A DNA stretch of 58,313 nucleotides from Sphaeroforma arctica JP610 (Eukaryota), in contig NW_014040356.1 in the NCBI RefSeq assembly GCF_001186125.1, positions 57,704 to 116,016 on the forward strand, given 5' to 3'. This document shows, piece after piece, positions 49,383-58,313 of this stretch (positions within the stretch are counted from its first letter, which is position 1; each line of letters begins with the position of its first letter). The notes beneath the pieces were generated by a model. That model had not been told where the DNA came from, made no database searches, and saw only the letters and a list, made by a program, of their open reading frames with translations. Both the position numbers and the translations under genes were made by a program.

Positions 49383-52300
49383 CTACGGAAACGGCTGGAA
49401 CTCAACCCAGTCGAAATCGAAGACATCTGGTTGACCCATGTGTGTGATATTCTCATAGGCTTTCCATGTAAACACGGGCTGTTGGTCGCTTGTAGGTCCG
49501 TTGACAGCCCAGAATTTCATATCCCGTCCCATGGCGATGTTCGTGACCTTCGCGTCGATTGCTCCGTCGAGTTGAAACTTTTCCCCTTTGGCCAAATCCC
49601 AACGCCCGGCGACAGCATTGCCTGTTTACATAATCAGGGTTATAGATATTTCCTTAATCAGGGTTATGGATATGATGAGCTACGGGGGCAGTGGAGAGGC
49701 AGCAGGATATTGAGCGAGCTTCCCTTCCGACTCAGTTGTGTCGTTGAGTGTTGTCAATGCAATGCCTCGTGCATTCGTAGCGTAAGTATGCAAAAACCTA
49801 CAAACCCTAAAACAGTGTAACACCCATGCTACAAGACAAACCAATGCAACACCCACCCATGTTACATGACAAACCAATGCAACACCCATATTACAAGACA
49901 ATAAATCGGCACGTCCCTACCTGGTTGGCCCAGTGACAGCGGATCGTTCTCGTAGTCGTTGTACCGCAGCATGCGCTTCATCGAGTCCATATCCGTCACC
50001 GACGACTGCTGCTGTCTGAAGATGTTTGCGCGTGGGCACTTCTCGTGTGACCACTCGTCGCCCCCTTTCTCGTACTTGTCGCTCCATCCGCTCTTTTCGT
50101 AGATCTCGGGGAAGTACGGTACATTGTATGAGGCCCAGTAGCCATCTTCGTTGAGTTGCTGTGATACAAAGACCAGACAGACCCTTTCAGTGAGACGACA
50201 GGCTTCTTGCAATAGGCTGGGTAAATGTGTTTGTGTGGTGTGTCGTGCAACAGATGGGGTGTGAAAGAGTTGACCAGTGGAGGGGTTGCTATAGAAACAC
50301 AACACCGACATCTGGGCGAACAAATGCACAGCGCTGATGCAATACGTTCACGGGAGAAGACGCACACAAGTACAACCCCACATATCCACAATATTATAAT
50401 ACAAGGATATGTGCATATATATATATATATATATGTATTCGCGTACATACCATAGTGGCATGACGCATATCAAATTCCTTGTAGACCATGATAACGAGCG
50501 CAGAAAAAAAAAGTGTGGCGTCTGTGTCCAAGTATCCATATACCAAACCACGCACATATGCTCATCCATTCGCGTTCCTATACCCAACACACCTGGGTCA
50601 TATCTTGGTATCGGATGATGCCTGGCAACTGCTCGAGGACATAGAATGACTTAGGCGGCAGGTCCTGGCCCGCAGTGAACTGATTGAGATCGAGTACCAT
50701 CCACTGACTGTCGTACGTGCCTGAGTTGTGGATTCCTGCAGCAAGTGCGTGAAAACAAAGCACGTGTGAGGTACTGACATGTTGTGTAAACAGTGTCGTT
50801 ATATGGGGGTGTTGGAGTGTTCTATAGGTATAATGGCGAGTACAGATACCTGCATATGTACTAGTTGTATATGTATAAGTTTGTGTGCGCTTTACGATGG
50901 CATAACAGAAAGTTGCACGGCGGAGTTATAAGATAAACTACGAAACACCACTGTACACCCCACATGGCACTACAACTTATAGAAAGTACACAAACACTCA
51001 CTCAAAAATAAATATATACAGAGACTCACTCACACATACATGTATACAGACACTCACACTTACACACATATATATAACCACTCACTCTCGCACAAACATA
51101 TACAACCACTCACTCACACACACAAATTTACAACCACTCACTCACACACACACATATACAACCACACACTCACACACACAAGTATACAACCTTTCACATT
51201 CACACACAAGTATACAACCACACACACATACACACATACAACCACTCACTCACACACACACATATACAACCACACACACACACAAGTATACAACCACTCA
51301 CTCACTCACATTTACAACCATTCACTCACACACATATACAACCGCTCACCCACACACACATATATACAACCACTCACATACACATATATACAACCACTCA
51401 CATACACAAGTATACAACCACTCACTCACACACACATTTACAACCACTCACACACACATATATACAACCACTCACATACACAAGTATACAACCACTCACT
51501 CACACACACATTTACAACCACTCACACACACACATATATACAACCACTCACTCACGCACACACATATACACAACCGCTCACTCACACACACACATATACA
51601 ACCACTCACTCACACATATACAACCACTCTCTCACACACACAAGTATACAACCACTCACTCACACACACATTTACAGCCACTCACTCTCGCACAAACATA
51701 TACAACCACTCACTCTCTCACACACACACATACCAAAGATCTCAGACCACTCCTCAGGGTCTTCAGCCAAGAGATTGGCCACAGTACCTCTGATCCAACA
51801 CGGGACGGACTTGTGGGTGATGGTGTGTGTCAGTGCGTCATTGTAGTTGTTGTTGGTTGTCTCCATCACAAGCAGGCCCGCCGTGGTTAGGTAGAAGTCA
51901 TCCAGCGACCACAAGAACCCTGATGTGTAGTATAAAATACACATAAATATACATACACACACATATATATATGTATATATATACATACACACATACATAC
52001 ATATGTATGTGTATCACAAGTACCGGGACGCTAGACGACTGTCAGTTGTCTGTGTACAGGTCGACTGTCCTATCAGGAGGACGCCCCCATGAAACCAGCG
52101 ATGACACGCATCTCATAGCAACAGGTGACTGTGTTGTTAGTGATGCATATACGTGCCAATTCTATATACACTGATTGTAGCTTACAAATGCCTCGTCTAC
52201 GCCTCAACCAGCTATGGAGTCAGACCTTACCAGCTGTACAATATATAAATAAGCTGCAACATGTATGACTAAGGTGTAACATGCATACGTATAATTAAGC

Positions 52301-54692
52301 TGTAACATGCATAATTAAGCTGCCATGTATAACTAAGGTGTAACATGTATAATTAAGCTGTGTCATGAATAATTAAGCTGTAACCTATTTAATTCAATTG
52401 TACTATATACAGCCAAGCCAGAACACATACGATCAAACTGATATGGAAGTGGTGCATACAACTATAAAATAGTAGTGGTTGATACCCTGACAGTAGACCA
52501 TATAACTACAGTGACTTACCGGGCGTAGAGCTGAACGAGATGGCATTGCGTTGCACCTCACACTCGCCTCTGGCTATCGACTCAGGACTGCACTGTAACC
52601 GGAAGTCGTACGTTTTCAATTGCCGTACCATCAGCTGGTAATGGTCCCAGGTTGCGTGGCCCATGAATATATCCGACTGTGTGTAGGGGCGTTGTTGTAC
52701 TGGGTTAGCTATTGTAGGATTGCGTTTCATGTGTAATGAGTTGTCGGTTTGAAAACGTAATTGGTTTCAAACACAATTAGAACACTGATACTTTCAATGC
52801 GATGTGGTAATTACACAGTGTAGAGATGAGGGTTTTAGGGTTGAGTCTATAGAAAAGTCTACATATTCATAACGAAACAACATTCTAGTACTATAACCCG
52901 CACAAGAAGAAGAGTTCCAACCGAAACACTACATACAATCACAAACCGTCCTCCGATAGCATATATATATACACACACACACATATATATATCTATACAT
53001 AAAGCATATCTCCAACACAGTACACAATCACCCACCTTGTCTGGAAGCACCTTGAACAGTGCACTACATCGATCGTTCTTGCGCTGCTCCTCCTGTCCGC
53101 TCTCCCATTCGTTCTGTTCCTGCTCAGCCTTCTCCTTCCTGCTTTCTTCGGTGTACATGGGCACCAAAGTCTCTAGATCACCGTCGGCGCTCAGCATGTA
53201 GATATCCACCTTGCTATTACGGGCATATAGGACGAGGAGAAAGTTAAGCTAAGAACATACAAGGATATCGTTGTATGTGAACTATAGCACCACTTGTATG
53301 CTTATATGTGTGTGTATGTATGTAACAGCGCAGTAAAAGGTCAAGCTAAGAACATACCGGAATAACATTTGTATGTGGACTATGGTATCACTTGTATGCG
53401 TATATGTGTGAGTGTGTATGTAACAGCGCAGTAAATTGTGCATTTTCCTAGACATGCGTATGCTCATGTATAACATATATATATATATATTATTATTTTT
53501 CCATATATAAATATTCATAGCCATGTGTATACTCACCTACAACACACTCTCTCCCACACACACTCAGGCTATGACTCACGTTAGTTCCCTTGCGGCATCT
53601 GCATGGTCTTGATAGCCCATGACCAAGCCATCTAGCTGATCGATGGTGTTGTTGACACCAGCCCAGAAAGCTCGTTCTCGCTGTGTCCAGTGATCGAGGT
53701 CGTGTTCCGCATTGTAGCCTTAAGTGGACAAGGCATCAGAGTGCATGAGTGTTGTGTCGGGTGTTATAACTGAGTGTATATGCATGTATGTCATCGGAAC
53801 CAACCGAAGTTTTATGGAGAACATATCACACGGGTATACTACTGCCAGTAATAGTGACATTTGAACACGTGCAGTGTGCACTTTCGCTGTACACACTCTG
53901 ATACTAAACCATTTGTAGCTACTTGAACCATAACTGCGCACAGGAAGTCGAAGCAAACTAATTCACCACAGTGTGACTAATACCCGACTTTGATATATTA
54001 ATTACCTCAATAAATATACACCTGCCCCCACACAAAATAAAACAAGTTTACAGCTGTATCCCAGAACTTACGGGTCCATTCGATGTTGTCGGCGATCCAC
54101 TCTTGCAGGCCAATGGGGATAAGCCCTCCATCGAACCAATCAGCACGCATGTTTACCCATGACGAGTATATGCTCTGCCACGTTAACATACCCTCGAGAT
54201 AGCCTGCGATGAAAACAGGCGAATGTATATATAACACGATGAGAAACGAAGAGTATTGACTAAAGTTTGTAGTTTGTTTGGATGTGAACATGTCGAGGTC
54301 TTGCAGATACGGTCGCATCGCTCGACGGGGCGAGGGCATGACACACACACCTTTATCACAAGTAGCTGTGTATGCTGTAGGGTAGAACATAAAATATAGC
54401 TGACACGCGGTGTACAAACACCCATTGCAGCCACTGAAATGCGCGCGCGCACTTCATACTAAGGCGGCAACAGTAGATACATTTTTTCATGTATATGTAT
54501 ATATATGTATTTTGTTTGGGTCATGTGGTTGAGTACATGGATATTACACTGTGAATTGTAGTGTTGTTATGTGCGGCACTCCCACCCATTCGCAGATGAT
54601 TGCTGTCGAGACATCGGCACATACACCTGACCACATCACAAAACAGCTGGCCAATGGTCCCAGATACTATCCAACGTTGTTTGGTTTGATAC

Positions 54693-54725
<33 letters not shown>

Positions 54726-56202
54726 TCCATTCGCACATAGAAGCTGTTGTGACAACGGCGCATACCACTGATCACATCATAGAAAATGGTCCCAAATACT
54801 TTTTAACGTTGTTTTGAATACACACACACATACACATATATGCATATATATATATATCAATCCCACCCATTCGAACATAGATGCTGTTGAGACATCCGCA
54901 CACACCACTAAATACATGAAACAATTAGACAATGGTACCAGATACTATCCAACGTTGTTTGAGAGAATTCGTGTCCTATCAATGTACGACCGGCACTATG
55001 CCACACTCACATGATACAGAAACGTAGGTGGTGAATTACACCCTACCGTAACCATGCAGGCATACATCTCACACATACGCACACACACAACTTGATAAAG
55101 TGGCAACATACCTGCGGCGAACAGAGCGCTCTCCACATTCTCCTTCTCTGACGTGGTGACCCATAATTTGTCCCATCCCGTTGTGTTGTACTCATTTTTG
55201 AACGACGCTGCTGCCGCTGCGCCCTTGTCCGTCTGAACAAACCAAAATGAAACACGGTCAACGTCAATGCATTAATAGAGTATCGATCTTATTCGCATCA
55301 CGTAATACATGCGGAAGACAAACGCTTCGTTGGCATAAAATATGTTATAGTGTCACTTAACAGTGACACAGACGAGTGCAGAATGTCATGGATTGTACAC
55401 TATATGAAGGGATTGGTAACTATGAGTTGCGGTATCGTCTCTGTAGGTTGCAGATTTTTTTCTTCTTCAGATGTGTTTACATGCATCAGATTTCAGTACG
55501 ATAGTTTTGGTTGGCGAGAAATAGTAGAGTGGTACATGCCTGGATACAATAAAATCTCAAGCAGCAAACATATTATTCGAATTCAATCCGGGCACCTCTG
55601 ATACATGTTCCCGTACTGGACAAGGCTATACCAATCTTAAGATCACCATATCATACAAAGATGATGTGAAGCCAATACACCGACGTTACACGGACGATAC
55701 ACAGACTATGTGCAGGTCGGAATCGACCACCACTAGGTATGGGAAGTTTGGGGTTCTCATCGGAAGGACACTAGCTGATGGTACCGCGTGCTGAAAGTAT
55801 GATTCAGTATATATTACACGTACTACATATCAATAACTGAACATCCAGTGAACCTGGTATGAAACTTAAGACAGCCACAATACATCCTCCCTTTGCGCGA
55901 CACGAATAAGCAACAGATTCACATGAACAGAACCACTCACAAACAGTAATTGACATACACACACGCTAGCTGAACTGAACACCTACCAAGGCTTCCTGGG
56001 CGGTGGCGTGTACGAACACCTTCGGCGATTCGTTTTTCGAGGTCACATGCGCAGATAAGTGTGTCAGACTGTCTTGTGGGAGGATATTAATATCGGAGTG
56101 CTCGTCTATAGCCATGTGTGTGAGCTTGACGGGGTTTGCACCGACTAGATGGAGGCCACCACAGGCCGAGAGCCAAACGGCAGTTTTAAGTACACTATGC
56201 AT
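49383..56202 (-). CDS. Phospholipase B-like (PLBD/PLBL2-type Ntn-hydrolase), 10 exons: 56202-55987, 55232-55112, 54203-54072, 53718-53580, 53213-53036, 52676-52520, 51919-51734, 50735-50593, 50158-49921, 49621-49383
   Basis: GT-AG-bounded exons give a signal peptide, TGWDKL, AGYLEG, RCSALFK (catalytic Cys), GHATW, FSSTPG, SLDDFY, VMETT, HNSGTYDSQW, LEQLPG, YWASYNVPYF, RYND, GAIDAK, GPT and HMGQPDVFDFDW. Confidence 0.92.
51020..51730. repeat. Intronic minisatellite (cacacatatatacaaccactcact)n
   Basis: Degenerate 20-26-bp units filling the intron between exons 7 and 8. Confidence 0.92.
54581..54960 (+). repeat. Intronic tandem repeat, 3 x ~140 bp
   Basis: ccattcg.a.at...gctgt...aatggt.cca.atact...aacgttgttt at ~54581, ~54723 and ~54862. 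Confidence 0.8.
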
Positions 56203-58228
56203 AATGTATATACGATTATATCTATATGTTCGTGTGTGTGTGTGTGTGTGTGTGTGTGAGTGAGTGAGAAAGATCAAATAAATTTATTATTTACTATTGA
56301 AAAGAGGGGTGCATGGAACTAGTCGCTAGCGTTCATATAGTTTTAGTAATTCTGAGATTGGTTCACAATATATAAAAAATAAGGAATATATTTTAGAATC
56401 GACCGTGTTCAAAGGAGGCAATGTATAAAATTAAAGTGTCAACTGATGACATCATATATAGTGACATGTGTACCTCATGATTCTTGACATCATGACATGT
56501 CTGTATTAGAGTAGTCAATGGTGCTTGGAAAATCTGAACGTATTTATCTGATCAGTTGACCCGTTAACCAATAAAATGCCGTTTCCGAGACCCCAATCCA
56601 TATATAATCCCGTTGTCACATTCCCCAGTCCCCACTCATCAGAGACAGACAGCTCATCAGCCTCAGTGAGGCTCAGAACCTCAGATGCTCAGGCCGGCTC
56701 ATTCAGGCTCGTAGAGTCACAGCTGATTCCACCGCTGTAGAAACTGGAGAGTGTGGGAGTGTGGGGCGGACGGGTGGCTGTGTTGTTTGGGACTTCGGGC
56801 TCCCAAGTCCCAGCTCTGTGAGTGAAGAGTCGTATGAGAGGCTGGGGTGCTGGGCTGGTCAAGCACCAAGGCCCCAGTAGGCCAGTACGGCAGTACCCAG
56901 CCTCCCGACCCAGGGGCCAGGGCCCAACCAAAGTGCGGCGGGAGTGGGGGGCTATTGTAGGTGCCTGGCTGCCTGCAATTTGTTTGGGAAAAGTAGGAGC
57001 CGAGAGGAATTTTATAAAACTGATATTTTAATACGTATAACGTAAACATGCTTTCAGGGTCTTGGTTTCGTCGCTAAGGCATATATTATACTATAACTTG
57101 AAAACGTAATAACTCTTCAAAATAATTGCGTTGAAAAACGTAAAACGTGATAGAGGCCGTCACACGCAGCTTGGGAATCATTGTGATTCCATTCCTATCT
57201 ATGTGTGCCCTCGTTCCATTCCTAAATATTTTAATAAAATACGTCAGAATCCTCCATTCCATTCCTAAATATTTACGTCAGAATCCTCCATTCCTCCTTT
57301 CCATACCTAAATAAATATTTACGAGCATTCAACAGTTTGTTTTATTAGTTTGTCTGTTTAAAAAAAAAAAAGGCCTTTTTAGGGAGGCTATTGCACAAAC
57401 ACCCAAAAAACATCATGAAATCATGTTTTTTTAATTTACCCTCTGGAATCGAGTCTCTCGAAAAATAGGATGAAGGTATTCGACGGGGACTCATTCCAGA
57501 CTCCCAGTCCCTGAGAGCCATGGCCCTTGACATAGCCTCCATATTTGTTTCAAAACAAAAAAAAACAAATATGGCCAAGATAGGTTTTTTTAGCTATCAA
57601 ATCTTCAACTTTTCAAGAGCCTCTCAAACAAATTATTTTTTTGGGGGGTTTTAGGGCTAAATCTAATTCACTTTTTAACGCATAGAAACGGTTCCCATCC
57701 TATGTATGACTGCTTCGTTTGTACGTTTAACGCTTTCAGATCCCTCTGTCGCTTGCGACAGGTTCATTGTACATCCGTCTTTTTACATACTCATTTATGA
57801 ATAATATGTTTACTTTCGTGTCACTAGTAAAAGTAACTAATTATACATTCACTCGTGTATTTATAATTTCGTGTCACATGTGCTATGCATGTGTATATAC
57901 ATATATATATATATATACATTTCTGTCGTTTAGGTGTAAAGTACGTGACTGCTTGCAACTATCGCGCATATAGTACTCCTAGTTGCTGTATTCAGATACT
58001 AGTACTACACATGTACACTTACCTTTCAATTTTTGTGTGCACCTACGTTCATTATACCCGCGATCTGTCACTTTCCTCAGTACTAGCGTATATGCGTGCA
58101 TCTCGATACATACAGCCATGATTACTCCAGTTTCATCTGCAGCAGATGCCCAAGCATCGGGCGCAACTGATGGACAACCTAACGACACGCATCACGAGGT
58201 GGCCAAGACGTGAAATGTTCTTGCATTC

Positions 58229-58256
58229 GATATATATATATACATACACACACACA

Positions 58257-58293
<37 letters not shown>

Positions 58294-58313
58294 GTATTAT
58301 ATATATATATATA
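58229..58313. repeat. (AT)n/(AC)n microsatellite
   Basis: Dinucleotide runs at the window end. Confidence 0.9.

Noticed and set aside
51040..51846. 268-aa His/Thr-rich ORF
   Set aside because: Translation of an intronic minisatellite, antisense to the PLB gene.
58118..58213. First exon of a divergent gene
   Set aside because: Short, with no recognisable homology, and runs into the terminal microsatellite.

Overview
Eukaryotic, repeat-rich scaffold with two N-gaps, AT/GT microsatellites and GT-AG introns. It looks like a unicellular opisthokont or protist, but the organism cannot be identified from the sequence. The first ~29 kb is mostly decayed retroelements: a tyrosine-recombinase (DIRS/PAT-like) element, three Ty3/Gypsy chromovirus-like elements, a nested solo LTR and several copies of one non-LTR (LINE) family. 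The main observation is that all three Gypsy elements carry a Dam-like amino (N6-adenine-type) DNA methyltransferase domain (D[LVA]FA...NPPW) between RNase H and the DDE integrase. That cargo is classically known from DIRS elements, and the DIRS element here has only a degenerate copy. From 28.7 to 40.2 kb there are compact, intronless, decaying foreign-looking ORFs: a VIP2-like ADP-ribosyltransferase, a His-Asp-Cys thiol protease of a giant-virus-like type, a three-unit repeat protein and a DUF4832-like glycosidase. These are interrupted by a collapsed inverted copy of the downstream host genes. The right end holds two host genes, an intronless reprolysin metalloprotease with 12 EGF repeats (+) and a 10-exon phospholipase B-like gene (-). 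All family calls come from motif recognition by eye; no database searches were run.
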